A DNA stretch of 64,000 bases from Dehalococcoidia bacterium (lineage in GTDB: Bacteria > Chloroflexota > Dehalococcoidia > UBA6926): positions 32,001-96,000 of the forward strand of contig CAXXET010000008.1 of the NCBI GenBank assembly GCA_963666115.2. The letters run 5' to 3'. The notes under the pieces are model-generated. The model was given only the letters and a program-made list of their open reading frames with translations, made no database searches and was not told the origin of the DNA. Made by a program: the position numbers and the translations under genes. Shown piece after piece: positions 28,211-37,674 of this stretch (its first letter is position 1; every line of letters begins with the position of its first letter).

Positions 28211-31200
28211 ATGCCTTTTTCGCCCGTATCCAGCAAGGTCTCGTTCCCGGACATGGAACGGGACGTTTTGCAATTCTGGAAGGACAAGGACATCTTCCGC
28301 CGTTCCATCCAGAGGCGGGAGAACGGCCCGATCTTCACGTTCTTCGAGGGGCCGCCCACCGCCAACGGCGCCCCCGGCGTCCACCACGTCCTCGCCCGCG
28401 TCTTCAAGGACGTCATCCCACGCTTCAAGACCATGCAGGGCTACCAGGTGCCCCGCAAGGGCGGCTGGGACACGCACGGCTTGCCGGTTGAACTGGCCGT
28501 CGAGGCTGAACTGAACCTGTCCACCAAGCGCGACATCGAAGCGTACGGCATCGCGAAATTCAACGAGAAGTGCAAGGAGAGTGTCTTCCGCTACGTGCAG
28601 GACTGGGAATCGCTGTCCGAGCGCATCGCTTTCTGGGTGGACATGGATGACCCGTACGTCACCTACTCGAATGAGTACATCGAGTCCGGCTGGTGGATCT
28701 TCAACCAACTCTGGGACAAGGGGCTCATCTACCAGGGCTACCGCGTGACGCCGCACTGCCCCCGCTGCGTCACCTCCCTCAGCTCCCATGAGGTCGCCCT
28801 GGGCTACAAGGACGACGCCGAAGACCCCTCCGTCCACGTCAAGTTCCGCGTCCACGACAGCGCAAAGGCGCGTGAGCTGCTGGGCGAGGGCGGTTCGCCC
28901 GCCTATCTGTTGGCATGGACGACGACGCCCTGGACGCTCCCCGGCAACACCGGCCTCGCGGTCGCCGTCGGCGCGCGCTACGTCGTCGCCGAGGGCCCGT
29001 GGGGCAGGGACGGCGGCAATGAGCGCCTGATCCTCGCCGACGCGCTCACCGATCAGGCGCTCGAGGGCGACTACGAAATCCTCGGCGAGTTCTCCGGAAG
29101 AGAATTGGTCGGCCTCACATATGAGCCGCTCTTTAACTACGCTGTTCCCGACGGCTACGCCGGCAAGGTCGTCGCAGCCGATTTCGTCCTGCTCACCGAG
29201 GGCACCGGCATCGTCCACATCGCGCCCGCCTACGGCGCCGAAGACCTGAGCGTCGGCAACGCCGAGGGCCTGCCTGTCGTCCACACGGTCAACATCGACG
29301 GCGCAATGCTCGATTATGAAAGCGCTCCCTGGTCGGGCAAGTTCTTCAAGGACGCCGATCCGGACATCGCCGCAGACCTGGATGAGCGCGGCCTCCTCCT
29401 GCGCGGCGGCACAATCGAGCACACATACCCCTTCTGCTGGCGCTGCGACGAGCCGCTCCTCTACTACGCGAAGGAGTCCTGGTACATCCGCACGACCGCC
29501 CTCAAGGACAGGCTCATCTCCGCCAACCGCGAGATCGGCTGGGTGCCTGAGCACATCGGCGAAGGCCGGTTCGGGGAGTGGCTCCAGAACAACGTCGATT
29601 GGGCGCTCTCACGCGAACGCTACTGGGGCACGCCCATCCCGCTGTGGCTCTGCGACGGGTGCGGTGACCCGATGGCCATCGGCAGCATCGAGCAGCTCGC
29701 CGCGCAGGAGGGCCTCGAGGGCTACACCCCCGGCATGGACCTCCACCGCCCCTTCATCGACGATGTCACGTTCGCCTGCGGTTCATGCGATGGCCGCTAC
29801 CGCCGCATCCCGGAGGTCATGGACGCGTGGTATGACTCCGGCGCGATGCCCATTGCCCAGTGGCACTACCCGTTTGAGAACGTGGACGTATTCGAGCAGC
29901 AGCAGATGGCCGACTACATCTGCGAGGGCGTGGATCAGACGCGCGGCTGGTTCTACACCCTTCACGCGCTCGCCGTCCTCCTCTTTGACCGCCCCGCCTA
30001 CAAAAACGTCCTCTCCTTGGGCCACATCCTGGACGGCGAGGGCGAAAAAATGTCCAAGTCGCGCGGCAACGTCGTCGAACCCTGGGACATCCTCGAGGCC
30101 CGCGGCGCGGACGCGCTCCGATGGTACATGTACACGGCCTCCACCCCCGGCAACGCCCGCCGCTTCTCCGCCAACCTCGTGGGCGACACCGTCCGCCGCT
30201 TCCTGCTGCCCCTCTGGAACACCTACAGCTTCTTCGTCACCTACGCCAACGTGGACGGTTTCGACCCCGCCTCCACGCCCGCCCCGCCGTTGGCGGACCG
30301 TCCGCTCCTTGACCGCTGGCTCGTTTCCCGCCTGCAGGGGCTGATCGCGTCCGTCACGGACGCCATGGAGCGGTACGAAGTGATGGAGGCCACGCACGCC
30401 ATCGAGTCGTTCGTCGATGAGTTGTCCACGTGGTACGTGCGCCGCAACCGCCGCCGCTTCTGGAAGTCCGACAACGACTCCGACAAGGCCGCGGCTTACC
30501 ACACGCTCTACGAGGCGCTGACGACGCTTTCCCGCCTGCTCGCGCCGTTTACGCCGTTCGTCGCGGAGCACATGCACCGCAACCTGGTCTCCTCTCTCAC
30601 CGAGGATGAGCCGGAGAGCGTCCACCTTGCGGGCTGGCCGGCGGCGGACGACGCGCTGCGTGACACGGCAACGGAGGACGACGTGCGTCTCGCAATGCGC
30701 CTCTCAAGCCTGGGGCGCGCGGTGCGGGGCAGGGCGCAGATCAAGGTGCGCCAGCCGCTGGCGGAGATGTTGGTCATGCTGCCCGGGCGCGCCGAGCGCG
30801 AATCGCTCGCCCGCATAGATGACCAGCTCATTGAAGAACTGAACGTCAAGGCCGTCCGCGCCGTCGAGGACGAATCCGCCTTCCTCTCCGTCCGCGTCCG
30901 CCCCAACCTCCAGAACCTCGGACGCCGCCTTGGCGGCGACCTGCCAAAGCTGACCGCCCACATCGAGAGCCTGTCCGATGCCGAACTCAACGCCGTCGCC
31001 GCCCGTGTCCGCAACGAACAGTCGCAGGACTTGGCCGGTTTCACCCTCTCCCATCAAGACCTGCTCGTCGATACCGAAGACCGCCCGGGCTACCTGAGCG
31101 GCGCAGAGGGCATCCACACCGTCGCCCTGAACACAGAAATCACAACCGAACTCCGGCGCGAAGGCCTGGCCCGCGAACTGGTCCGCCACCTCCAGGAACT

Positions 31201-31420
31201 CCGCCGCACAGCCGCCCTAAACGTCTCAGACCGCATCACAGCCTACGTCTCCGGCAACGGGGCCAACATCCCAGACACGCTGTCCGACTATGGCGACTAC
31301 ATCCGCCAGGAAACCCTGGCCGTGGACATCCTCCAAACCACCCCCGCCGAAGGCGCAGCCACCGAGACCGTCAAACTTGACGACGATACGGTCACAATCG
31401 GCGTAGAAAAGGTGGGCTGA
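28211..31420 (+). CDS. ileS: Isoleucyl-tRNA synthetase, type 2
   Basis: EGPPTANG.PGVHH, GWDTHGLPVE, WTTTPWTL, DQTRGWF, KMSKS. Confidence 0.97.
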   Translation: MPFSPVSSKVSFPDMERDVLQFWKDKDIFRRSIQRRENGPIFTFFEGPPTANGAPGVHHVLARVFKDVIPRFKTMQGYQVPRKGGWDTHGLPVELAVEAELNLSTKRDIEAYGIAKFNEKCKESVFRYVQDWESLSERIAFWVDMDDPYVTYSNEYIESGWWIFNQLWDKGLIYQGYRVTPHCPRCVTSLSSHEVALGYKDDAEDPSVHVKFRVHDSAKARELLGEGGSPAYLLAWTTTPWTLPGNTGLAVAVGARYVVAEGPWGRDGGNERLILADALTDQALEGDYEILGEFSGRELVGLTYEPLFNYAVPDGYAGKVVAADFVLLTEGTGIVHIAPAYGAEDLSVGNAEGLPVVHTVNIDGAMLDYESAPWSGKFFKDADPDIAADLDERGLLLRGGTIEHTYPFCWRCDEPLLYYAKESWYIRTTALKDRLISANREIGWVPEHIGEGRFGEWLQNNVDWALSRERYWGTPIPLWLCDGCGDPMAIGSIEQLAAQEGLEGYTPGMDLHRPFIDDVTFACGSCDGRYRRIPEVMDAWYDSGAMPIAQWHYPFENVDVFEQQQMADYICEGVDQTRGWFYTLHALAVLLFDRPAYKNVLSLGHILDGEGEKMSKSRGNVVEPWDILEARGADALRWYMYTASTPGNARRFSANLVGDTVRRFLLPLWNTYSFFVTYANVDGFDPASTPAPPLADRPLLDRWLVSRLQGLIASVTDAMERYEVMEATHAIESFVDELSTWYVRRNRRRFWKSDNDSDKAAAYHTLYEALTTLSRLLAPFTPFVAEHMHRNLVSSLTEDEPESVHLAGWPAADDALRDTATEDDVRLAMRLSSLGRAVRGRAQIKVRQPLAEMLVMLPGRAERESLARIDDQLIEELNVKAVRAVEDESAFLSVRVRPNLQNLGRRLGGDLPKLTAHIESLSDAELNAVAARVRNEQSQDLAGFTLSHQDLLVDTEDRPGYLSGAEGIHTVALNTEITTELRREGLARELVRHLQELRRTAALNVSDRITAYVSGNGANIPDTLSDYGDYIRQETLAVDILQTTPAEGAATETVKLDDDTVTIGVEKVG

Positions 31421-31441
31421 TCAGAGCGCTTTGCCCGTCGC

Positions 31442-32089
31442 TTATTCGGCGACCAGGCGCTTTGCGACTTCTATAAGCGCAGTGACACCGGCGGCATCCA
31501 GCCCATCCACTCCGAGTCCGTGGGCGAGCGCGTTCCTCACCTTCATGGCATCGTTCAGATGGTTGTAGTCCGCTCTATCAATAACGCCTTCGTAGCCAGC
31601 GACCTCAAGCATGTTGTACGACGTGAAAATCCGCAGCGGCTCCCGCTGTGCCTCGGGTATCTTGTTCCGCAGGGCGGCTTCGCAAACAGACCAGGCGAGC
31701 AAGTATGCTGCTTCCGTCAAGCCGCTGGACAGAGCCGTTTCAGCTTGCCGAATCCGCTGAGTCATCCCCGCTTTGTCGATCAGGCTTGTGGCCTCCGGCG
31801 CATCAAGAATGCCGGGCTCACCCACAAGTACCAAGTCGAAGCTCCAATCAGGTTGTGACTCCACCTCAAGGGCTAGTTCTTCCACCTGCGGAAGCGCCTT
31901 GAGGGACGATCTCGTCTTAACCTCCACAACCCTGTGGTCCGTGCCCTTCACAGCGACAATATCGGCAATATAGCCGGGCGCGAACTCCACCGGCGAGTTC
32001 CGCGCCACCTCATATCCATTCGCGCGAAACTCTTCAGCTTTGCGATCCGCCGCCCTCTTCTCAGCGGTAGCGATGTCCTCTATAACCAC
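31442..32089 (-). CDS. REase (AHJR-like) fold + HEPN-like domain protein
   Basis: ADIVAVK...VVEVKT PD-(D/E)xK-like core; C-terminal RNALAHG; GTG 32089 after AGGAGG. Confidence 0.7.
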   Translation of the reverse strand: MVIEDIATAEKRAADRKAEEFRANGYEVARNSPVEFAPGYIADIVAVKGTDHRVVEVKTRSSLKALPQVEELALEVESQPDWSFDLVLVGEPGILDAPEATSLIDKAGMTQRIRQAETALSSGLTEAAYLLAWSVCEAALRNKIPEAQREPLRIFTSYNMLEVAGYEGVIDRADYNHLNDAMKVRNALAHGLGVDGLDAAGVTALIEVAKRLVAE

Positions 32090-32507
32090 GCCGTGACCCT
32101 CCTGCGTCCGCGCTTCGCTCACAAAGACATGGACAAACGCATTATATTCTCTCGCAGCCCGCCTGAGCAGGCCGGACGACCCCTCGAATGAAAGGGGGGC
32201 GCTTAGATCCCTTCTCCGGCTGAGCAGATCTGTAATCTGCGAATCATCCGCGTACACAACACCGTTCATCGCATCCAGGATGAGCTTGGGGATATTGTCG
32301 ATGTCTATAGGCAGCTGCCCCCGGCAGAACCGGCCCGCGAAAGTACGTGATCGCGGCAATCACGTCTCCTTCGAACGGCAGGCCATCATCCCATCGGCGG
32401 CGCGCCTCGTCTCTGACCGTCTCCGTCCATTGCCTCTTTCGAGTGGCAGAGGATGATTGCTGTGATACCGGAACGCCCTGGACGACGAACTCGAAGGGTA
32501 GTGCCAG
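32080..32507 (-). pseudogene. RusA-like endonuclease with apparent frameshifts
   Basis: LPFEFVVQGVPVSQQ in one frame, DIDNIPKLILDAM.GVVYADDSQI in another; frames join by removing one base from C5 at 32318-22. Confidence 0.7.
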
Positions 32508-32571
32508 AACTACCTCCTTTGCCCCAAGTGTACCCAATCGGCGGCAGCGCTTGGCCGCGTGACGATGGCTC

Positions 32572-33543
32572 CTAGCCCCCCAGCGTCTCCCCCACGAACT
32601 CCGGCCGCCCCCGCACGAACTCCCGCGCCGGCATCGCCCTCCGCCCCTCCGCCTGCACCTCAAGCAGCTCCAGCAGCCCCTCCCCCGTGCCGACGGCGAC
32701 GCCCGCCCCGCCTCCGTCCTCTGACCGCCTCAGCCGCACGACGCGCCCCGCTGGCGTGCCTCGCGCATCGTACTCCTCCGGCAGCGCAATCGCGCGGCGG
32801 ATAGCCAGGCGCTTGCCCGCCAGCATCGTGTACGCCCCCGGTTGGGGCGTCATCGCCAACACGCGCCGCTCCAGTTCCTGCGCGGGGCTGTCCCAATTCA
32901 GCAAGCCGTCACCCTTCTCCAGCATCCGCGATTGCGTGGCCAGGCCATGATCCTGGGCCTCGGGCGTTATCGATCCGCCGAGCCAGTTGCCCAGGGTTTC
33001 CACCAGCAGCGCCGCGCCCATCTGCGAGAGTCGTTCCGTCAATTCCCCCGCCGTCTCGCCGGACCGAATCGGCGCCGCGCGCCGGCTCAGCAGCGGCCCT
33101 GAATCAACACCCTCTTCCAGCAGGAAGATGCTCACGCCGGCGTTCTCGTCGCCCTCCAGCAGCGTCCACACCACCGGCGCAGGCCCCCGGTGACGAGGCA
33201 GCAGCGACGGATGAACGTTCAGCGCGCCGCGCGGCGGGATGTCCAACACGCTGCGCGGGAAGATGAGGCCGTAGGCCGCCGTTACGATAACCGTCGGTTC
33301 CAGCGTCCGTATCCGTTCAGCTTCCTCCTCCGAGCGAAGCGTCGCCGGCTCGAGCACGTCGAGCCCGTACTGCACGGCGCGTTCCTTGACGGGCGACCGG
33401 CGCGGCCGCCGCCCGCGCCCCGCCGGCTGGTCCGGGCGCGTCAGCACGGCGACGGGCCGGTTCTCCGACCTCATCAGCGCATCGAGCGTCGGCACGGCGA
33501 ATTCGGCGGTGCCGCAAAAGATGATCCGGGAATTTTGCTCCAT
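32572..33543 (-). CDS. fmt: Methionyl-tRNA formyltransferase
   Basis: FCGTAEFA, TRPDQPAGRG, NVHPSLLPRHRG. Confidence 0.95.
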   Translation of the reverse strand: MEQNSRIIFCGTAEFAVPTLDALMRSENRPVAVLTRPDQPAGRGRRPRRSPVKERAVQYGLDVLEPATLRSEEEAERIRTLEPTVIVTAAYGLIFPRSVLDIPPRGALNVHPSLLPRHRGPAPVVWTLLEGDENAGVSIFLLEEGVDSGPLLSRRAAPIRSGETAGELTERLSQMGAALLVETLGNWLGGSITPEAQDHGLATQSRMLEKGDGLLNWDSPAQELERRVLAMTPQPGAYTMLAGKRLAIRRAIALPEEYDARGTPAGRVVRLRRSEDGGGAGVAVGTGEGLLELLEVQAEGRRAMPAREFVRGRPEFVGETLGG

Positions 33544-33832
33544 TTTTCTCCGCCGAAACGCAGGCTCTCAGTACGGGCTACCCTCGAATTATTGAGGTAT
33601 TGAGAGCTTGTGGCAATGGCGCGGACACCCGCCACATTGCCTCAATCGTGGGCACCATGACGGTTTGCGTCTCTACGGTATCGACGCCCCTCACTTACCG
33701 GGTGTTAACGTAGATTCTTGTGACCCGACAGCGCCGGTGACTCTACCCGTCGACGGCGTGCCCTCCACGCTCAGGGAGGGTTGTCTTCCGGACAGTCGCG
33801 GTCGCTGCTTGCTGGAGGAGGACAGCGTTTCA

Positions 33833-35216
33833 ATGCCGGATGAACTTGTGCGCAAAACGTGGGAGGAGGCTCTTGGCCGCCTTCGCACGCAGATGAGCGC
33901 CGCCGCGTTCAACACGTGGCTGGCGGACACGTCCGGCGCTGCCCTCACCCGCGATGAGCTCACGGTGACCGTCCCAAGCGAGTACGCCCAGCATTGGATC
34001 CAGGGCTCCCTGCTCCCCATCATGGAGCGCATCGTCTCCGATGTCCTCAAAACGCCCCGTCGGCGTCGTCCTGCAGGTGGCGTCCGATGGCCCGCAGGCC
34101 CAGCCCGTTGCCGCAGCCGCGCGTGTCGTTGCCGAAGAACCGGCGCCCGCAAAACCCGCCCGTGGCGGTTCCCCCTTCATCATCGGCGCGCGACCGGACC
34201 CGCAGTTCACCTTCGACCGTTTCGTCGTCGGTGACAACACCAAGCTCGCCTACGCTGCCGCGACGAAGGTCGCCAGCGATCACGGCGGCGACTATAACCC
34301 GCTCGTCCTGTACGGCCCGCCCGGCCTCGGCAAGACGCACCTGCTTCACGCGATCGCCAACGAGGCGCAGGGGCAGGGGCGCACCACGCTCCTGGCCACG
34401 TCCGAGCAGTTCGTCCACGATTACGTCACCTCCGTCCAGAAGAAGACCACGGCAGGCTTCCGGGAGCGGTACCGTTCCCCGGACATCCTCGTCATCGACG
34501 ACGTGCAGTTCATCTGCGGCAAGGTCAAGAGCGAAGAGGCCCTGCTGCACACCTGCGGGGCGCTGCTGCGGGCAGGCCAGCAGATCGTCGTCTCCGCGGA
34601 CAGGGCGCCTGACGCATTGCAGTTCAGGAGCCCGCGCCTTGCCGCCCGCCTCCGCGCCGGCCTGCCCGTCGACGTGAAGCCGCCAAACAGGCGCACGCGC
34701 CTCAACATCCTGGCCTTCAAAGCGGCGCGCTACGACCTCGAAACACCGGACGATGTCCTCTCCTACCTTGCCGCCCGCCAGTTCTCCAGCATCAACCAGT
34801 TGGAGGGAGAACTCACCCGCGTCATCGCCCACGCCTCCCTGCTGGACCAGGCGCTCACGCTCGACCTCGCCCGCCAGGCCCTCTCCACCGCATCGACAAA
34901 CGCTGACCCCGTCCCCCTGACAATCGACGCCATCATTCGCACCACAGCCGCGTTCCGCCAGGTGACGCCCGCGGACATCACAGGCCGCAGCCGCGCCCGC
35001 CCCGCAGCCGAAACGCGCCATCTCGCAGTCTTCCTCGCCAGCCGCCACACCGATCACTCGCTCGCCTACATCGGCAAGTCATTTGGCAACCGCGACCACA
35101 CCACCGTCATGCACAGCATTCGCCGCATGGAGCGCGCCCTGGCCACAGACGCCAAGCTCCGCGCCGACGCCGAAGCAATCATCCAACTAGCCTCCTCCAC
35201 CTTCCCCCCCCACTAG
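33833..35216 (+). CDS. dnaA: Replication initiator DnaA, split by a one-base frameshift
   Basis: Domain I (AFNTWL) from 33833; FTFDRFVVG, GPPGLGKTHLL, DDVQF, RDHTTVMH in next frame; joined by removing one A from AAAA 34049-52. Confidence 0.9.
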
Positions 35217-35242
35217 CCCCCCCCCGCCATTCCGCACCCCTC

Positions 35243-35269
35243 CGTCATTCCGGCGTAGGCCGGAATCCA
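35243..35269. repeat. REP-like palindrome
   Basis: CGTCATTCCGGCGTAGGCCGGAATCCA, same family as 17227. Confidence 0.7.
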
Positions 35270-35297
35270 CCCCGTGGCCCGATAGGGCCACAACCCC

Positions 35298-35435
35298 CCT
35301 ATAATCAACCATGCCCAACTCACAAACAGAACCCCCCGCCCCCGACGAAGCCGCCGCAGAAATCGCCGCCAACGAACTCCTCCGCCGCCACGAGCGGGAT
35401 GAGCCCGAAGCCAACATCGCTGCAGCCCTCACATC
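35298..35435 (+). pseudogene. Copy 2 of promoter/leader plus 5' gene stub, possibly of a type IIG R-M gene
   Basis: TATAAT just before ATG 35311; ELLRRHERDEPEANIAAA, then composition shifts; family assignment from recall only. Confidence 0.45.
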
Positions 35436-35531
35436 CACGTGCATCACAATCAGCACGCCTGGTGCGAACACGCCCGCCATCATCACTTTCAGTGTCTCCC
35501 ATCCTGAATGCAGGTACACAGGGTGGAGGAT

Positions 35532-36161
35532 ATGATGGAGGATGTGCAATGGTATTCGTACTTTGAGTACGTTGCTTTTTTCTATCCGATTGGAATCCCT
35601 CTTCATGGCCTTCTTTGGTTGCCTGCTTGCACCGATCATCGCACTCTTATGCTTCGTACTGGCGGTCCCGGTTGCGCCTGGATGCCGGTTCCTATGCCGG
35701 AGCCGGAGCCCTTCACTCCGCTCTCTTGGTTCTGCCGGCAGCGTATCTTATCTTGCGGTTATCAATAGGAGACTCGCGATTCCTTCGCTTGGTAGCATTC
35801 GCTGGATTCGTATTCATTTACCTCGTCTGGGTCTTTTCTCCTGGGTATCAATGTATCTCAAGCACTCCTCTCGCTTCTGGAAATCAGTGTTTTCGACCAA
35901 TACCCTCTGATTATTATGGGCCCGGCCTTTGTGTGGTTCCTGGGCATGCTACTCCTCAATGTCTTCACGCTGCGCCTAACGATAAGGAACCTTCTCGCCG
36001 CGCGTGCAGCGCCGCCGCCGCCCGACAGTGAGCCTCCGTTTGATCGGCGCGCGGGCGAATACTGGCCTTACCTCATGCCCTGGGCAGCAGTGATCGTCTG
36101 GTCTTTCATCACGCTGGCAGGCACGATTGCCGTCGGCATGGCGGCGCTAGGGACCCAATGA
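35532..36161 (+). pseudogene. Low-GC membrane protein gene split across frames
   Basis: GGAGG RBS + ATG 35532; hydrophobic segments continue through ORFs 35508/35542/35615/35916. Confidence 0.55.
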
Positions 36162-36250
36162 TCCGCCCCCGCCGGAGACATAGCGTTGTCTGAGACGCGC
36201 CTCATCCACGTTGACGTTCAACCGGCGCCCTAATCACCCTGCTGTTCTAA

Positions 36251-36336
36251 TGTCATTCTGAGCGCAGCGAAGAATCCAAAGCCTCAATTGTGCGGGCGGA
36301 CACGTCCTTAGATTCTTCGGGGCTGCGCCCCCCAGA
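36251..36336. repeat. REP-like imperfect inverted-repeat element
   Basis: TGTCATTCTGAGCGCAGCGAAGAATC ... GATTCTTCGGGGCTGCGCCCCCCAGA. Confidence 0.65.
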
Positions 36337-36589
36337 GCACCTGTGGAAGCTGCCGATACCGGCGTATAACGAGCGAGAGGCCCTGCATCGTGAGTTGGCA
36401 AAGGCAGGCAAAGCGGCAGCCGAGCGTGTGGCGGACATCCTGCCGGAACTCCGCGCGAGAGAAGAGGCCGAGGGCAGGCCCCTAACAGTAACAAAAGCCC
36501 GCAAAGAAATCCGCAACTGGCTCCGCGCATCCAACGAAGGCAAGCACGTCGAGCGCCTGGTAGCCACCCTCCTAAAAGGCGGAACGTAG
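36337..36589 (+). pseudogene. 3' gene remnant, possibly C-terminus of a type IIG R-M/N6-methylase
   Basis: HLWKLPIPAY...LHRELA.AG...TVTKARKEIRNWL begins abruptly after the repeat, without start or RBS. Confidence 0.5.
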
Positions 36590-36732
36590 CCTCACCCTTC
36601 GACAGGCTCAGGGGGCGGGGGGAGACTGGGGCCCTGCTTTCGCACTGATTGCCACCCTCCGTGCGGTGTCTTACAGTGTCAGTAGTCCGGGCAGGCGGTC
36701 AGGCATGAATCTGGGCATGGGAGAATGTATCG

Positions 36733-37674
36733 GTGGATGCGGTCTCGCTCTTTACAGGGTGCGGTGGTTCCGACCGGGGGCTAGTCGATGCGGGCTGGGA
36801 CATCGTGCTGGCGAATGACATCCTGCCGTACGCCAGGGAGGTCTACGAGGCGAACCTGCCTGCAACGGATTTCAGATCGACAAGCATTGAGAACATCCGA
36901 ACGTTTCCCTCGGCTGACCTCCTGATCGGATGCTACCCGTGCCAGGGATTCAGCCAGGGAGGGGCGCGCGAAGCTGATCGGAACATCAACAGCCTGTATA
37001 AGGAGTTCGACCGCGCCCTGCGAGAAATCCGCCCCAAAGCTTTTGTCGTCGAAAATGTCCCGGGCATGGCCCGCAGCAATAATCGTCACCTCTTGGACGA
37101 TCAGCTTAGACGGTTCAGTGCGGCAGGCTTCAATGTTGCCGTGCCACAAACCGTCAACGCGGCCCACTATGGGCTGCCGCAAGAACGGCGAAGGATTTTC
37201 ATCGTCGGCATCCGTTCCGACCTTGGTCTGACATACGAATTCCCGGAGCCTACGCACGGCCCAGGGCTACAACACTTTGCGACGCAGGAGAGCGCGCTTG
37301 GGGATTTTGACGAGGCGTGGCCCGCCGGGGAGTTCTGTGACCAGCCGTTTCACTGGTACTACCTCTCACGCAATCGCCACCGCCGGTGGGATGAGCCTAG
37401 CAAGACAATCCTCGCGAACGCCCGCCACATGCCGCTGCACCCAATGAGCCCCCCGCTGGTCAAGCAGGGCACGGACAAGTGGGCCTTTGCGGGAGACCCC
37501 GATTCGGCGCGCCGCCTGTCATACCGGGAGGCGGCCGCCCTGCAGGGCTTGTCCGGCTGGCGCTTTCCTGACACGGCACGGCTGATGAAGAAGTACCAGG
37601 TTATCGGCAACGCCGTGCCGCCGATGCTCTTCCGGCAGATCGTCGACGCGATACCTGCGGAGGTCTTCTCATGA
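36733..37674 (+). CDS. DNA (cytosine-5) methyltransferase
   Basis: SLFTGCGG, YPCQGFS, ENVPG, QERRRIF, IGNAVPP. Confidence 0.93.
   Translation: MDAVSLFTGCGGSDRGLVDAGWDIVLANDILPYAREVYEANLPATDFRSTSIENIRTFPSADLLIGCYPCQGFSQGGAREADRNINSLYKEFDRALREIRPKAFVVENVPGMARSNNRHLLDDQLRRFSAAGFNVAVPQTVNAAHYGLPQERRRIFIVGIRSDLGLTYEFPEPTHGPGLQHFATQESALGDFDEAWPAGEFCDQPFHWYYLSRNRHRRWDEPSKTILANARHMPLHPMSPPLVKQGTDKWAFAGDPDSARRLSYREAAALQGLSGWRFPDTARLMKKYQVIGNAVPPMLFRQIVDAIPAEVFS

Noticed and set aside
31442-32359. Genuine 305-aa RusA-REase-HEPN fusion
   Set aside because: Lacks the RusA N-half, has an internal RBS/GTG at 32089, and depends on homopolymer lengths.
33544-33832. oriC or riboswitch upstream of dnaA
   Set aside because: No cluster of DnaA boxes or recognisable RNA motif; only short hairpins.
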